A DNA stretch of 63,585 nt, counting the filler, from Sanchytrium tribonematis (taxonomy: Eukaryota), in assembly GCA_018985235.1 (NCBI GenBank). It is 6 parts of 6 records of this genome, joined end to end, with 100 filler letters (N's around TTAATTAATTAA, not from the genome) between each part and the next. Parts side by side here need not be neighbours in the genome. Positions count along the whole stretch, not along the records: positions 31,910 to 42,411 come from JADGIG010000294.1; positions 42,512 to 53,001 come from JADGIG010000295.1; 4 more parts are not named here. One strand, given 5' to 3'. Shown here in pieces: positions 35,500 through 48,750 of this stretch (position 1 is its first letter; each line of letters opens with the position of its first letter). Position numbers and translations under genes: made by a program. A model generated the notes under the pieces. That model had not been told where the DNA came from. It worked only from the letters and a program-made list of their open reading frames with translations, and did no database searches.

Positions 35500-38400
35500 A
35501 TGGACGATAAGCAAGTTAATGCCATTTTAAAAGCAAAGTTCAGCAAACCAAGACAAAAACAGTCTCAATTGTTTGAATTACCAGTGGAACATGCCAGAAA
35601 GATCATTAAGGATAGAGGAGATATGAAAGACAAGAAATTTAAAGGCGAACAAACTGCTTATTTACAAGCATTAAAATATATGCCGTATGCTATTATGAAG
35701 TTGTGGGAAAATATTCCTATGCCATGGGAAAATGAAAAGCAAGTCAAAACTATTTATCACATTCATGGTGCTTTGACAATGATCAATGAAATTCCAAAAG
35801 TAATTCCATCTGTATTTATGGCACAATGGGGCTGTATGTGGGTAGCCATGAGAAGAGAAAAAAGAGATAGAAAACATTTTAAAAGAATGCGATTTCCTTG
35901 TTTTGACGATGAAGAGCCAATTGTGAATTACAGTGAAAATGTTATGGATATAGATGCGTTAGAAGGTATTCAGTTAGAACTGGATGAGGACGAAGATGGT
36001 CCAGTATCTGAGTGGATTTATGAACACCAGCCTTTGCAGCACGTGAATGGCTCATCTTACAAGAGATTTCATTTTGACACAAAAACATTAGCCACTTTGT
36101 ACAGATTGGCTTCACCTTTAACTAGTGATATTTACGATAAGAATTATTTTTATTTATTTAATGACAAGGCTTTCTCAACTTCAAAAGCTTTGAATGTTGC
36201 AGTCCCTGGAGGTCCCAAATTTGAGCCATTGCATCCAGAACTACTAAAAGAAGAAATCAATGAGGATTGGAATGAGTTTAATGATTTGAATAGAGTATTA
36301 ATTCGACTTCCGATAAGACAAGAATACAAAATTGCAATGCCTCATTTATATAACCAGGTTCCACGAGATGTCCAAATTGATGCATACCATTATCCTCTTA
36401 ATCTATTTGATCCAAATGATGAAGTTGAATCCACCTTTCAATTTAATCCAAGATTTAATCCCATAAATGCCAGAGATTTACAGGACCCATTTGAAACAAG
36501 CGAGGAACCATTAAAAGATTTAGAATTTGATATTTTACCATTTTGTAGTGACTATGAATTAGAAAATGAACATACATTCAACGGATTACAATTATATTGG
36601 GCACCCAATCCATTTAATGAAAAAAGAGGATTAACTTGTCGGGCTCAAGATGTTCCAGTTATCAAACATTGGTATTTACAAAGATGTCCACCCAGTCAAC
36701 CTGTTAAAGTGCGTGTATCCTATCAGAAATTATTAAAAAATCATGTCAAAAATCAATTACGCAGAAAACGAAAAGAAACACATTCCAAGAAATATTTACC
36801 AAAAACATTAAGAAATACCAAGTATTTTCAACAAACTAATATGGATTGGGTGGAAGCAGGTCTGCAATTATTGCAACAAGGACACAACATGGTCAATATT
36901 TTGATTGAAAGAAAAGAATTGAGTTATTTGCATTTGGATTACAATTTCAATTTAAAACCTGTCAAATCCATGTCAACCAAGGAGAGAAAAAGAAGTCGAT
37001 TTGGAAATTCATTTCATTTAATTAGAGAAATGTTGAGACTTACCAAATTGATGGTTGATGCGCACGTTCAATTTAGATTAGGGAATATCGATGCTTATCA
37101 ATTGGCAGATGGGTTACAATACATGTTCTCGCATGTAGGACATTTAACTGGAATTTACAGATATAAATATAAAATCATGAAGCAAATCCGATTGTGTAAG
37201 GACTACAAACATTTAATTTATCACAGATTTAATTCTGGTCCTGTTGGAAAAGGTCCAGGATGTGGATTTTGGCTACCAATGTGGAGAGTATGGATTAATT
37301 TTACCCGTGGCATTACGCCTCTTTTACAGAGATGGCTAGGAAATATTCTCAGTAGACATTTTGAGGGTCGACAAAATGCAAAGGGCGCTTTACAACTGAC
37401 TAAACAAAGAATTGAAGCTCATTATGATATAGAATTGAGAGATTCAGTTTTACATGATATTATTGATATGATGCCAGAAGGGGTCAAGGCGAAGAAATCA
37501 AAAGTCATTTTACAACATTTGTCAGAAGCATGGAGATGTTGGAAAGCCAATTTAGAATGGAATGTGCCAGGAATGCCAGAACCTGTGGAAATAATTATTA
37601 GAAGATATGTGCAACGAAAAGCAGATTGGTGGATTAAAACCACTGAACAAGTTCGTCATAGAATTAAAAAGGGTGCCACAGCTGATAAAACAGTTGTTAA
37701 AAAGAATTTAGGTAGATTGACTAGAATGTATTTAAAAGAAGAACAACAACGACAAGATAATTATTTAGAAAATGGACCATTTATTAAAACTGAGGAAGCT
37801 ATTAAAGTCTATGAAACTATGGTAGATTGGCTAGATCAAAAGAAATTTAATCCAATTCCTTTTCCTCCTTTGAATTATAAACATGATGCCAAATTACTTG
37901 TTTTAGCATTAGAGAGACTTAGAGAACAATATAGTGTGAAAAGTAGATTGAATCAGCAACAAAGAGAAGAAATGGGACTTATTGAACAAGCTTATGACAA
38001 TCCCCATGAAGCACTGACTAGAATTAAAAGATTGCTGCTGACTCAGCGCACTTTTAAGCCTGTGAATCTTGAATTTATGGATTTATTTACAAAACTTACG
38101 CCAATGTATGACATTGATGCATTAGAAAAGATTACAGATGCTTGGTTAGATCAATATTTGTGGTATGAAGCTGATAAACGTCAATTATTTCCAAATTTTA
38201 TAAAACCATCTGATGATCAACCACAGCCAGTCCTAGTCCATCAATTTTGTAACGGCATTGCTCGATTGAATAAGAAGAATACTATCGTTGTTTTAGAAAC
38301 CCAATTAGAACAATTTTATGAAAATGTAGATTTATCTTTATTAAACAAATTATTGAAATTAATTATGGATCCTAATTTGGCAGATTATATCACATCAAAA

Positions 38401-41400
38401 TACAACATCGAACTGACGTACAAGGATATGACTCACACAAATGCAATTGGATTAATTAGAGGTTGTCAATTTAGTAGTTTTGTGGTTCAATATTATGGAT
38501 TAATGGTGGATTTAATGATTTTGGGACCCCAGCGTGCTTTGGAAATTAGTAGATTAGATTTTATGCAATTTGAACCCTCTAGTCACCCAATTAAATATTA
38601 TATGCGATATATTGAAAAATTATACATTGTATTTGAATTTGACAGTGATCAAATTTCAGAATTATTGGAAAAGGGAATGAGGGAGTATCCCTTAAATCAT
38701 GAGGACTACAACTCCTATAATAACAAGAGAAATTGGGCAAAAGATCAAAGAATGAGATTATTACAGAAAGATGTCATGGTTGGAAAATCCATTTATTTTA
38801 CAATTTTATCCAGATTGCCAAGTAGTATTTGCAGTTTAAATTGGTCAGAAACATTCCCTTGCGTGTATAATCAGAACAATCCGAATATTTTATTTACAAT
38901 GTGCGGATTTGATGTACGATTGGTATTTGAGTCTAAAAATGATGAGGGATGTTGGCAGATTATTCATGAAAATCAACAATTGGCAACTGCTTATATTAGA
39001 GTGAGTCAAGAAGATATTGATGCATTTGAAAATAGAATGAGACAAATTTTAATGACAAGTGCGGGAACCACATTTCAAAAAGTCATTCAGAAATGGAATT
39101 CTGCCTTGCTGGGATTAGTGGTGTATTATAGAGAAGCCATTTTAAATACTCATGAGTTATTGGATTTATTGGTTAAAAGTGAAAATAGAGCTCAAAATCG
39201 GGTAAAAATGGGATTAAATTCAAAAATGCCAGCGAGATTTCCACCTGTTGTTTTCTACACCCCAAAAGAATTGGGTGGGCTGGGAATGTTGAGTGTGGGT
39301 CATGTATTAATACCTGCTAGTGATTTAAGATGGAGTAAACAAACAGAAACTGGTGTAACTCATTTTAGAGCCGGGCTGAGTGAACATGTTATTCCAAATT
39401 TATTTCGATATGTGCCTAGCTGGCAAAGTGAAATTATAGATTCTAAGCGAGTTTGGACAGAATATGCTGAGAAGAGAAATGAGGCATTGCAACAAAATCG
39501 TCGATTGACTTTGGATGAGTTGCAAGATTGTTTTGATCGTGGATTACCGAGAATTAACACTTTATTTCAAAAAGATAGACATACTTTGACATATGACAGA
39601 GGTTGGAGAATCAGAACTGAATTTAAACAATACAGCATCTTAAAGGTGAATCCTTTTAAATGGACAGATCAAAAGCATGATGGTAAATTATGGAATATGC
39701 AAGCTTATAGAGGAGATATGATTGAAGCCCTTGGTGGTGTTGAATGTATTTTAGAACATACTTTATTTAAATGTACTTATTTTCAAAATTGGGAAGGATT
39801 ATTTTGGGAAAAAGCCAGTGGATTTGAAGAAAGCATGAAATTTAAAAAATTGACAAATGCACAGCGTAGTGGTTTAAATCAAGTCCCCAATAGAAGATTT
39901 ACACTTTGGTGGTCTCCTACCATCAATAGAGCACAAGTTTATGTCGGATTTCAAGTTCAATTGGATCTGACAGGAATTAATATGAATGGTAAAATCCCGA
40001 ATTTGAAAATTTCATATATTCAAATATTTAGAGGTCATTTATGGCAAAAAATACACGAATCTTTAGTGATGGATATGTGCCAGGTTCTTGATCAAGAAAT
40101 GGATGCATTAGAAGTTGAAAAAGTAGTAAAAGAAACCTTACATCCTAGAAAATCCTACAAAATGAATTCTTCTTGTTCAGATATCACGCTGTCTGCTAAT
40201 TACAAATGGAATGTCTCCAAGCCATCCTATTTGAGTGAAAAATCAGATGAATTTGTGACAACTTCAGAAATATTTTGGATTGATATTCAATTGAGATGGG
40301 GTGATTTTGACTCGCATGATATTGATAGATATTGCAGAATGAAATATTTAGATTACAGCACAGACAATATGAGTATTTATCCTTCTCCAACTGGTTTAAT
40401 GATTGCATTTGATTTAGCGTATAATACTTGCTCAGCTTATGGAAATTGGTTTCCAGGTTTAAAAGCATTAGTCGCAGAAGCATTAAAAAAGATTATGAAG
40501 CACAATCCAGCTCTTTTTGTTTTACGAGAAAGATGTAGAAAGGCTTTACAATTATATGCCAGTGAGAGTTCAGAACAACATTTAACTTCTCAAAACTACG
40601 CAGATTTGTTCCAAAATCAAAGAACTTGGTTTTTAGATGATACAAATGTGTATAGAGTGACTGTCCATAAATCTGCAAACGGAGGTCTATCAACCAAACC
40701 AATTAATGGCGCATTGTTCATTTTGAATCCAACAACTGGCCAATTGTTTTTGAAAATTATGCATCACAGCATGTGGAGAAATCAACAGAGAATTGGGCAA
40801 TTATCTAAATGGAAGGTGGCAGAAGAAGTAGCAGCATTGATTAGATCTCTACCTCTAGATGAGCAGCCAAAACAAATTGTAGTAACGAGAAAGGGAATGT
40901 TGGATGCTTTAGAAGTCCATTTACTAGACTTTCCAAATATTGTGATTAAAGGAAGTGAATTGCAATTGCCATTTCATTCCATATTAAAAGTAGATAAATT
41001 AGGAGATTTGGTAATGAAAGCCACTGATGCGCAATTACTTTTATTTAATTTATACGACGACTGGTTAAAATCATTTTCTCCTTACACTGCATTTTCGAGA
41101 TTAATCTTAATTTTAAGAGCTTATCATATTCACCCCGAAAAGACAAAAGTGATTTTAGAAATGACACAGCATGAATATTTTATTTGGCCAACTTGTAGTG
41201 AAGAAGAATGGATCGGAAAAGAAGTGAAATTAAAAGATTTAATTCTTGAGGATTATGGGCTTAAAAATAATGTCAACATAAAAAGTTTAACTCAAGCTGA
41301 AATTAGAGATGTTGTACTGGGTGCTCAAGTAGTTGCACCTAGTTTAAAACGACAAGAAATTGTTGATAATCAAGAAAACACTGCTGTTGCGACTGCCACA

Positions 41401-42174
41401 ACCACATTTAATGTTCATGGCGAAGAAATGATCACGGTTACCACTTCGAAATACGAACAAGAGACATTTGCAAGTAAAGCAGATTGGAGATTAAAGGCCA
41501 TAAATGCCACAAATTTATATTCTAGAAGTGAAAATGTCCACATTTCCAATGGAACTGAAAAAAGAATTAAAATTCCTAAAGATTTAGTAAGAACATTTAT
41601 ATCTATTTCAGATGTGCGCACTAAAATTGTTGGATTGCTTTTCGGAAATCTGGATCAAGTCGAATGTTGCGTGATTTTGCCGCAATATGGTTCAGCCAAT
41701 TCTGTAGAATTTACAAATACGCCATTGAATCATCCAAAATTAAATGATTTAAATATGTTGGGAATGATCCACACCAAATTAATTGAAGACAATCAATTAA
41801 ATCCAAATGATTTACAATTACAAATTCAAATTATGAAACATTTTCCATCAAATGAATTGGCAAATGTTACTTGTGCATTTGTGCCTGGCAGCTGTCAATT
41901 ATCTTGCTATATTCCATCTAGTTTTGATGAAAGTAATTACTTGTCTAATGTTAAAAAGGGAATGATTGAATTGGTGAATGATGGTGGGTATTTTATGGTT
42001 CCAAATGATGGTATTTGGAATTATGGATTTCAAGGAACCATGTTGAGAAAAGAGATGAAATATCATTTGAAAATTGACCGACCTTTGGAATATTATGATC
42101 CTTTGCATCGCCCTATTCATTTTCAACAATTTACAGATATGAATTTGGATGTGGATGTTGAAGATTATTTGTGA
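35500..42174 (+). CDS. PRP8: Pre-mRNA splicing factor Prp8, apparently intronless and intein-free
   Basis: 2224 aa; [42 protein letters not shown], RNase H-like and Jab1/MPN regions. Confidence 0.99.
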   Translation: MDDKQVNAILKAKFSKPRQKQSQLFELPVEHARKIIKDRGDMKDKKFKGEQTAYLQALKYMPYAIMKLWENIPMPWENEKQVKTIYHIHGALTMINEIPKVIPSVFMAQWGCMWVAMRREKRDRKHFKRMRFPCFDDEEPIVNYSENVMDIDALEGIQLELDEDEDGPVSEWIYEHQPLQHVNGSSYKRFHFDTKTLATLYRLASPLTSDIYDKNYFYLFNDKAFSTSKALNVAVPGGPKFEPLHPELLKEEINEDWNEFNDLNRVLIRLPIRQEYKIAMPHLYNQVPRDVQIDAYHYPLNLFDPNDEVESTFQFNPRFNPINARDLQDPFETSEEPLKDLEFDILPFCSDYELENEHTFNGLQLYWAPNPFNEKRGLTCRAQDVPVIKHWYLQRCPPSQPVKVRVSYQKLLKNHVKNQLRRKRKETHSKKYLPKTLRNTKYFQQTNMDWVEAGLQLLQQGHNMVNILIERKELSYLHLDYNFNLKPVKSMSTKERKRSRFGNSFHLIREMLRLTKLMVDAHVQFRLGNIDAYQLADGLQYMFSHVGHLTGIYRYKYKIMKQIRLCKDYKHLIYHRFNSGPVGKGPGCGFWLPMWRVWINFTRGITPLLQRWLGNILSRHFEGRQNAKGALQLTKQRIEAHYDIELRDSVLHDIIDMMPEGVKAKKSKVILQHLSEAWRCWKANLEWNVPGMPEPVEIIIRRYVQRKADWWIKTTEQVRHRIKKGATADKTVVKKNLGRLTRMYLKEEQQRQDNYLENGPFIKTEEAIKVYETMVDWLDQKKFNPIPFPPLNYKHDAKLLVLALERLREQYSVKSRLNQQQREEMGLIEQAYDNPHEALTRIKRLLLTQRTFKPVNLEFMDLFTKLTPMYDIDALEKITDAWLDQYLWYEADKRQLFPNFIKPSDDQPQPVLVHQFCNGIARLNKKNTIVVLETQLEQFYENVDLSLLNKLLKLIMDPNLADYITSKYNIELTYKDMTHTNAIGLIRGCQFSSFVVQYYGLMVDLMILGPQRALEISRLDFMQFEPSSHPIKYYMRYIEKLYIVFEFDSDQISELLEKGMREYPLNHEDYNSYNNKRNWAKDQRMRLLQKDVMVGKSIYFTILSRLPSSICSLNWSETFPCVYNQNNPNILFTMCGFDVRLVFESKNDEGCWQIIHENQQLATAYIRVSQEDIDAFENRMRQILMTSAGTTFQKVIQKWNSALLGLVVYYREAILNTHELLDLLVKSENRAQNRVKMGLNSKMPARFPPVVFYTPKELGGLGMLSVGHVLIPASDLRWSKQTETGVTHFRAGLSEHVIPNLFRYVPSWQSEIIDSKRVWTEYAEKRNEALQQNRRLTLDELQDCFDRGLPRINTLFQKDRHTLTYDRGWRIRTEFKQYSILKVNPFKWTDQKHDGKLWNMQAYRGDMIEALGGVECILEHTLFKCTYFQNWEGLFWEKASGFEESMKFKKLTNAQRSGLNQVPNRRFTLWWSPTINRAQVYVGFQVQLDLTGINMNGKIPNLKISYIQIFRGHLWQKIHESLVMDMCQVLDQEMDALEVEKVVKETLHPRKSYKMNSSCSDITLSANYKWNVSKPSYLSEKSDEFVTTSEIFWIDIQLRWGDFDSHDIDRYCRMKYLDYSTDNMSIYPSPTGLMIAFDLAYNTCSAYGNWFPGLKALVAEALKKIMKHNPALFVLRERCRKALQLYASESSEQHLTSQNYADLFQNQRTWFLDDTNVYRVTVHKSANGGLSTKPINGALFILNPTTGQLFLKIMHHSMWRNQQRIGQLSKWKVAEEVAALIRSLPLDEQPKQIVVTRKGMLDALEVHLLDFPNIVIKGSELQLPFHSILKVDKLGDLVMKATDAQLLLFNLYDDWLKSFSPYTAFSRLILILRAYHIHPEKTKVILEMTQHEYFIWPTCSEEEWIGKEVKLKDLILEDYGLKNNVNIKSLTQAEIRDVVLGAQVVAPSLKRQEIVDNQENTAVATATTTFNVHGEEMITVTTSKYEQETFASKADWRLKAINATNLYSRSENVHISNGTEKRIKIPKDLVRTFISISDVRTKIVGLLFGNLDQVECCVILPQYGSANSVEFTNTPLNHPKLNDLNMLGMIHTKLIEDNQLNPNDLQLQIQIMKHFPSNELANVTCAFVPGSCQLSCYIPSSFDESNYLSNVKKGMIELVNDGGYFMVPNDGIWNYGFQGTMLRKEMKYHLKIDRPLEYYDPLHRPIHFQQFTDMNLDVDVEDYL

Positions 42175-42411
42175 ATTTAATAAAGTTGTTCGTCTGATAT
42201 TCTGCGTATTTATGGTCCAATCAGTTGCAAATAAGAAATTTGAGTCGAGACATATTTATTAATCTAATACCAACCTCAAGAGGTATTCTTCTTCGTCATC
42301 AAATTCACAATTTGGTAAAATTGATTCGATTTCTAATTTGTGAGTTAGATGGTAAACATGAAGATATTGAAGCGTTAAATAATAGTCATAACAGTTATTG
42401 TTTTGTAAGAT

Positions 42412-42511
42412 NNNNNNNNNNNNNNNNNNNNNNNNNNNNNNNNNNNNNNNNNNNNTTAATTAATTAANNNNNNNNNNNNNNNNNNNNNNNNNNNNNNNNN
42501 NNNNNNNNNNN
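42412..42511. other. Artificial contig linker
   Basis: Ns + TTAATTAATTAA. Confidence 0.97.
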
Positions 42512-42735
42512 CACATGCAACAAGAAGCGAAAAAGATTGGATGCCTAAAATATTTAATGACGACCCAGAGACAATTGCAGTTGTGGGTATTAGAGGGGCC
42601 AAGTTTGTGTTTACACCAGTGCAAGATCTCAAAGATGAAGTAGATCTTAAGGCTAGAAAAAGTGTTTCTAGCTGGTGGATGCAATACCGGCCACTTATAA
42701 AACAAATGTCAAAATATGAGTATTTTGATGAGTAA
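42512..42735 (+). CDS. PFK: 6-phosphofructokinase C-terminus, 5'-truncated
   Basis: AVVGIRGAKFVFTPVQDL..E.D...R....WW...RPL matches the eukaryotic PFK C-terminus. Confidence 0.8.
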
Positions 42736-42753
42736 ATTCTTTGTTCTCACATT

Positions 42754-43836
42754 ATGTCTGATTTATCTAATTTAGATATTGAAGGCGCGCAAGAACTCAA
42801 ATATTCTAATAACTTTAAAATTCAATCAGCTGGTCAGTGTATCCTTAAAAATATTATTGACTTGAAAATGAATACAGAAGTAAAACATTTGAAAGCTATT
42901 GCCGTGTTTCTTGATGTATACAACCTAGCAGATTCTGTTAAAACTCAAGTTATAGACATCATTGATAAGTGCAGGGTGGCCACTTTTATTGGCCCGCCAA
43001 GTCTTGCGTCATATTTAAAATGTGAAATCAAACGATTGCTCTTAATTGGTTGTAGAAATGAATTCATGTACGATATTATCGAAGAACTGCCGATTCTGAA
43101 GTTATCTAATTGCTCTCATGTTGCATTGTGTAAAGTAAGTGTGAAATTCGACCTCCTAGGATATATAATTGAAAGTGAAAATATCAAATCATTCGAATGC
43201 ATTGATGTTCAAATTTTAAATATCCCTATCACAGCAAATTTAAAAGTCAGTAAAACACAGCTTACTATTTTGAACACACAAACTGAAAATATTCGCTTTG
43301 AGTTTGAAACAGCAATATTGCAAGAATTACGCACTGATCTATTAGAAATCTTCAGTTGTGTGAAAGGTCATCTAAAAAATTTAGTGACTTTGAATATTAC
43401 TTTTAAATCCGAGAATTGTCGCGTTTTCGCAAAATTATTAATGCTTTGTAAAAATCTTCAAAAACTTACAACTAAGATTTCAAATGGTAATTTAGAGCAT
43501 TCTCAGATGGTTTTAAATTCATTGTGTGCCAACAGCATTGAGTGGATTGAAATTAGTCCCAGTTTCATCGCTACTGATATATTTCTTAGAAATTATAAAA
43601 TGCTACAGCATATTGGCTGCATCTCTTTTCCTTTTCCACTAATTAAAAATATATCGCTGAAATCTTTGAGCCTTAACGAAATCAGCACGGACAATTTTCC
43701 AGAATTAATTGGTTTGATTAATTTTTACAACATTCGAGAAATTTATGTTGAAGGGGAGCCTAAAAATATAAAAGAATTTCAGAAAAGATTTGAACACCAA
43801 TTAAAAACTCAAAATTGCAATATTACAGTTCAATAA
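42754..43836 (+). CDS. Hypothetical protein, RNI-like/LRR character
   Basis: 360-aa ORF with LxxLxL periodicity. Confidence 0.6.
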   Translation: MSDLSNLDIEGAQELKYSNNFKIQSAGQCILKNIIDLKMNTEVKHLKAIAVFLDVYNLADSVKTQVIDIIDKCRVATFIGPPSLASYLKCEIKRLLLIGCRNEFMYDIIEELPILKLSNCSHVALCKVSVKFDLLGYIIESENIKSFECIDVQILNIPITANLKVSKTQLTILNTQTENIRFEFETAILQELRTDLLEIFSCVKGHLKNLVTLNITFKSENCRVFAKLLMLCKNLQKLTTKISNGNLEHSQMVLNSLCANSIEWIEISPSFIATDIFLRNYKMLQHIGCISFPFPLIKNISLKSLSLNEISTDNFPELIGLINFYNIREIYVEGEPKNIKEFQKRFEHQLKTQNCNITVQ

Positions 43837-43850
43837 AAAATTTGAAGAAA

Positions 43851-43932
43851 CACGCTCGCTGGGACTCGAACCCAGAATCCCTGGATTTCTCTTCATAGAA
43901 GTCCAGTGCCTTAGCCATTTGGCCACGAGCGC
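43851..43932 (-). tRNA. tRNA-Arg(TCT) with a 9-nt intron (43887-43895)
   Basis: Acceptor GCGCTCG/CGAGCGT, anticodon arm CTGGA-CTTCTA[TGAAGAGAA]A-TCCAG, T-arm CTGGG-TTCGAGT-CCCAG; 82 = 73 + 9 nt. Confidence 0.92.
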
Positions 43933-44087
43933 CATGCATGTGTCTTGGATACATAAATATATTTACAAATTTGTTAATGACAAATCAATTTAAAGTTTTT
44001 CTAGATATTTAAACTAAAGGATATTTTGTATTGACTTTGAGGTAAGCTTCTTGTTTTTTCTCTCATTAATGAACCCCTTATAACGAG

Positions 44088-44249
44088 ATGCTTCAGAAAC
44101 TATTCAAACAAAACTCGCTCTTTGTAGTGAGTATCATAGGTGGCGCTATATTACTCGAATCTTCAGGAAATAGCGCACTTGATTCTTTATTCGACTATAA
44201 TAACAAAGGTAAATTGTGGAAAGATTTAGAGAAGACGTTGGAACGATAA
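44088..44249 (+). CDS. QCR9: Cytochrome bc1 complex subunit 9 (53 aa; missed by the ORF track)
   Basis: MLQKLFKQNSLFVVSIIGGAILLE...LFDYNNKGKLWKDLEKTLER with the NKGKLWKD signature. Confidence 0.88.
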   Translation: MLQKLFKQNSLFVVSIIGGAILLESSGNSALDSLFDYNNKGKLWKDLEKTLER

Positions 44250-44262
44250 TTAAATAAAATCA

Positions 44263-45117
44263 TCATTTATTGTTGTATCCGTAGTCTGCTGTTCTAAATC
44301 GGGATGCACCATATGGTGGATAACTTGGATTCATCTCTCGTCCATAATCATTTGATCCAATAGGTCTTGCTTCATGTCCGTAATTTGCTGAATTTTGCTG
44401 GGTTTCTGAAATCTCGGGCGGTGGCGGGATATCATCACTAGGTGGAGAAGATATTGTATTGTCATCCTTGTAATTTGAATCTCTAATTTGGAATCCATTA
44501 TCAGTGTCACCTGAGCTGTCATCTTTGTGGTATTGATTGTGGTGAGGGGCATCTTTAGAGTTTGAAAATGATAGGCCTTGGCTTGCATTATTTGTTTCTT
44601 CAAATTTAGAGTCGATCCAGGCGTGATTGGAACTATCTGCGTCAGTTTCTGGTTCCATATTCAAGTCATTTGATTTTTTTAACTTTGAGCTGTCAGAATT
44701 TTTGGACTTATCATTGGAAAGATCTATTAGTTTTTCTTTCTCAAAATCTGCTGGAATTGGAATAGACTTACATTCAGAAAAAAACGCTGTCTTGTATCCG
44801 CTTTCGCTTTTAAAGTCCTGAGTTCCACAGTCATTCCCATCGACAACCCACTTTACTTTCTTAAATTTTCTGCATATTAATCCGGCTTTATCCGCCCCAA
44901 CAATCTGATCGAAAAAAGTAAGAGTTCCCGCCTTTTCAGGACTTCCATCAATGGAAATTTGGCTGCCAGAAACAGTTTTAGTTTTGGTGCGTATGTGTTT
45001 TTGCGCGATATCCAAAGAAAATTCTGTTTTGTTCACGGAAACTAAGTATCTTAGCAATCTTCCATCTGCAGTCAACTTGACATGATTATCACAGGCTTGG
45101 AGTAAAGTGAAAAACAT
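44263..45117 (-). CDS. Hypothetical secreted protein with a low-complexity C-terminus
   Basis: MFFTLLQA leader, Cys-containing N-domain, Ser/Asp/Pro-rich tail. Confidence 0.65.
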   Translation of the reverse strand: MFFTLLQACDNHVKLTADGRLLRYLVSVNKTEFSLDIAQKHIRTKTKTVSGSQISIDGSPEKAGTLTFFDQIVGADKAGLICRKFKKVKWVVDGNDCGTQDFKSESGYKTAFFSECKSIPIPADFEKEKLIDLSNDKSKNSDSSKLKKSNDLNMEPETDADSSNHAWIDSKFEETNNASQGLSFSNSKDAPHHNQYHKDDSSGDTDNGFQIRDSNYKDDNTISSPPSDDIPPPPEISETQQNSANYGHEARPIGSNDYGREMNPSYPPYGASRFRTADYGYNNK

Positions 45118-45439
45118 TATAATTAGAAATATATTCGCTCTTTTTATAGCATAAAAGGTTAAACAAGAGCCCTAGTTTCAGGAAAATAGGACTCACAATA
45201 TTGTAACATGAACTCAATTTCCTTAGATTTACACATGTCATTTGTGGTCAGCACAAAAATCGCACATTAATTTGCAGCCCCGTTACCTCGTAAGTTTGGA
45301 ATCGATTAATTATATCAATTAAATTATCTAAAAGAATTAAAATCGGTCGAGATAGATTCTGTTGATTGGAGGTGATGATTGGCACGGGTTAATTTTGGTT
45401 GGTTTAAAAGAAGAAGCAACCGAATTGGAGCAAAACATT

Positions 45440-45853
45440 ATGTTAATCACTTTCGATGGAAACAAATCTGACAAGGTTCAAATTCATGGTTCATTTAATG
45501 ACTGGAAAGCAATTGATATGTATTATAATGAAAAAATCGAGAAATTCGAGGCTTACATCCCTATTACTGAAACTATTATATTTAAGTTCACTAAAAATGG
45601 AGATTGGATGCTTGGAGATTACGAAATTGTCAAAGATGATAATGGAAATGAAAACCATCAAATAATTTTTAAAAATGTGAAAGAAATTTTGTTGCCACTT
45701 ACTAATTCTCAAAGTGCTGCTATCACTAAAAAAGAAGAGACAATCAGCACTCAAAATGTAAAAGTTGATGAGAAAATGGAGACAAAAGTTGCTCCGAAGA
45801 AGATTTCTTTACTTACTCGAGTAAAGACAAAGTTAAAAAAATTGACTCGCTAA
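45440..45853 (+). CDS. CBM48/AMPK-beta glycogen-binding-domain protein (Crp1/Mdg1-like)
   Basis: VQIHGSFNDW, FKFTKNGDW, DDNGNENH. Confidence 0.75.
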   Translation: MLITFDGNKSDKVQIHGSFNDWKAIDMYYNEKIEKFEAYIPITETIIFKFTKNGDWMLGDYEIVKDDNGNENHQIIFKNVKEILLPLTNSQSAAITKKEETISTQNVKVDEKMETKVAPKKISLLTRVKTKLKKLTR

Positions 45854-45878
45854 TGCTTAAAAATAAATTATCTATTAT

Positions 45879-48750
45879 TTATTCCATTCCGAGCCTATTA
45901 ATTCTTTCCGATATCGAAGAGGTTTTGGACGTGGATGGTTTAGGAGGTATTGGGGGAGGAATTTTCAGCTCTTCTCTAGAGGAATGATGAGACCTTACAG
46001 GTATTGGGGGAGCCGAGCCAGTGGTATCTTCATTGAGGTCAATCAACGGCATATCTTGTCGTTTGGGCAAAGGTGGCTTTTCGAAGGTAATGTTTGTAAC
46101 GTTCAAATCACTAACACCAGCTATTACTCTAGGTGGCAATTCAGGAGAGTCCATAATGTTCAAAGTTTTTCGAGTTCCGTCAGTGACACCCTTTTTCCCC
46201 TTAATTGTCATGCTCATTCTTCTCTTGACACTATCTACTTGAATATCCGTGCTAATTTTATCTAGTTTTTGCTCACTGTAATGGAAATCAATCAAGTCGT
46301 TTTTGCCTTTCGCCACTTGCAAACATTGCTGCAATAACTCTTTTCTTTTCAAGTGGTCAATTAAAACCACTCTAGTTTTAAAAAGTGCATAAACTGGCTT
46401 ATGATCACTAACTTTCAAAGATGCGCTTGAATAGAGTTCACAACCCATGTCACCTTTAAATAATATACGATCTGTCCAGGCTGGTTTTCTCAATTTTTCG
46501 CTGGTATCGTAATTGTCTGTCCCATTGTCAAATTTGTAGGTAGGATTAAATGATATTGGATGTTCGATATATTTATCAAAAGCTTGTCCGTTAGTCATTG
46601 CGGTTTGAAGCTATATAAATTTAAATTACTTGATCATATTGAAACAATAGAGGTAGATTGTTCTCCTTTATATGCTGGCGAATTTGTTCATTTGTATAGA
46701 AATCTATCCTGTAATTAAAATCTCCAAACCAAATTACATTACGAATATTCGAAAGTTTTTCATTATCAAACAACACATCGCTAATTGTTGCCACATCCTT
46801 AATTCTCTCAAGGAGTTGTTCTTGTCCAGCTGCCAGATGAGCAGTTATAAAAACAAAAGCAGTGTCATAAATATTTAACTTAACCAAAATTCCTCCTTTG
46901 TTTCCTGCCATTCCACTGAACCCAGTTTTTTTAATTTTATAATCTACCTTAGAAACGGCATTTATATATTCATTTTTAATAAATATAAAAATAGCTGTAC
47001 CCACGACTTGAATACTTTTAACAAGGTGATAGTCTTGGAGAGTTGTTGCAAATTTAGATTCCCATACTTGCTTTTTTTCATAGTCTGTACTTATCACTTG
47101 ATTTGGAGTAAGTTCCACAATCTCCTGTAATCCGATAACTACTATTGGTGCATTATTGAATTGTTTTAATAGGGGTGAAATATCTGCATAAGGAAGTTGC
47201 CCATTAACATTCCAAGTGCAAACATATACTTGCAACTCTTTAAAATTTGTAAAAGCCCGATCTTGTTCTCTTAGCATGGTGTAAGCAGTAGCTAGTAAAT
47301 CGTTTTGGACCATGATTTTAGAAGAGATCAGCCATTCAATAATATACTGCTTTTTAACATCTGTTAGTTTACTGTTGACATACCTATTAATGCTTTTAAA
47401 TCCGTCGTCCAGAACCCCAGCCCAAGTCATTTTTCCATGCCGTGTAAAGCTGCTTTTGACAGCACCAGTTCCAGTATAAACAATACTTAGCACATCTCCA
47501 TGGTTAGCAAACAATTCGCTGAAAGACTGAAGTACGTGAGGCTGCAAGACCGCTTTTAGAATTGGGTAATCCTTTGCCATTAGCTCTAGAACTATTAAAA
47601 ATATTTGATGATGAACAACATTCGTTCGATCTAATACATCCAAACAATTAATTCGAATCATCCCCTGCTGCTGCTTTTCATGACTGCTATAGCTGATTTT
47701 TTGCAAATACGGCATTGCCAAATGTTTTAACAAATAAACATCCTGCGCTTGCTTCACCAGATTATGATAGTCAAAATGAACATAATTGATATCAGCTTCA
47801 TAAAATTGTTTTTGCATTTCTAAGACCAATTGTTCGTACATATCACTAAGTTCGCCTTCCATGTTGTTGCTATCCAAAAGATTAAATAGAACAAGAAAAT
47901 TTCCATGTTTTAACAAATGCTGAAAATGATTAGATATTGCATGCAGAGAGCTGCTTAAAGGCCTAGTTATAGATATTTTGCTGGGTGTTTGTTCCCAAAA
48001 AACAGGAACACTTGCACGAAGGAGTTCAAAGGAAAACGATTTTTGATTAAGGGTCAGCTGCATTCTTGAGAAAACCTGATTGGCGCAGTATCCTTCGTCA
48101 TCTAGTCCCCTCTTACTATATCTAGTCCCGGTTCTTTTAACACTAACCAAACTACAAATTGAAAGCTCAATCTGCTGATTAGAGGCCAATGAAGTATTTT
48201 GAAGAGGCACAATAATTTTATCCACATATCCGAGAACTAGGAAAACTAGACATTGATGCGGTATATCGTACATATCAAGTATTTTCATGAATGGTTTAAT
48301 AGATGAATGATTCCAAATATATTGATTTTCGACATCAATTTTGTGGGTTCTATAGAAACTTTGTTCATTTAGATACAATTCAAGGTCATAGAGACCATGT
48401 TGTTGATCTATGCTGGTGATTAAATGATCAATTGTGATCCAACTACTAGGTTTTTTTGGGATGTGAACAAATTGGATTTTTTCAATGCTATCATATTCAG
48501 AATTAATATTCATCGTTTTACTCACTATACAAAGGTAGTAGGGTGTCATATTAATTTGATTTGGAACTTCTTTATCTTCAAATATTCCGACAATTCCATC
48601 AATTTGTAACTTTTTCGAGTTTGATATACTGACATCAACTTTAATAAAATTTATATGCTGGCCGTTGTAAAATATGGCAAAGTGGATCTTTTTACCGTTT
48701 ATTTCAACCTCTAAAACCAAAGTGAACTGATCGTCAGCATATAAAAACAT
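45879..48750 (-). CDS. Synaptojanin-like Sac1 + inositol 5-phosphatase (INP51/52/53 type); exons 48750-46630 and 46610-45879
   Basis: RTGTRY..RG, RINCLDVLDRTN, GNKGG, WFGDFNYRI, junction YDQ-L, PTYKFD, PAWTDRIL, SDHKPV, Pro-rich tail. Confidence 0.93.
46611..46629 (-). other. 19-nt spliceosomal intron GTAATTTAAATTTATATAG
   Basis: Interrupts the conserved DQL motif of the 5-phosphatase domain. Confidence 0.94.

Noticed and set aside
39800..39840. PRP8 intein
   Set aside because: The canonical fungal insertion site [10 protein letters not shown] is contiguous and the protein is not enlarged
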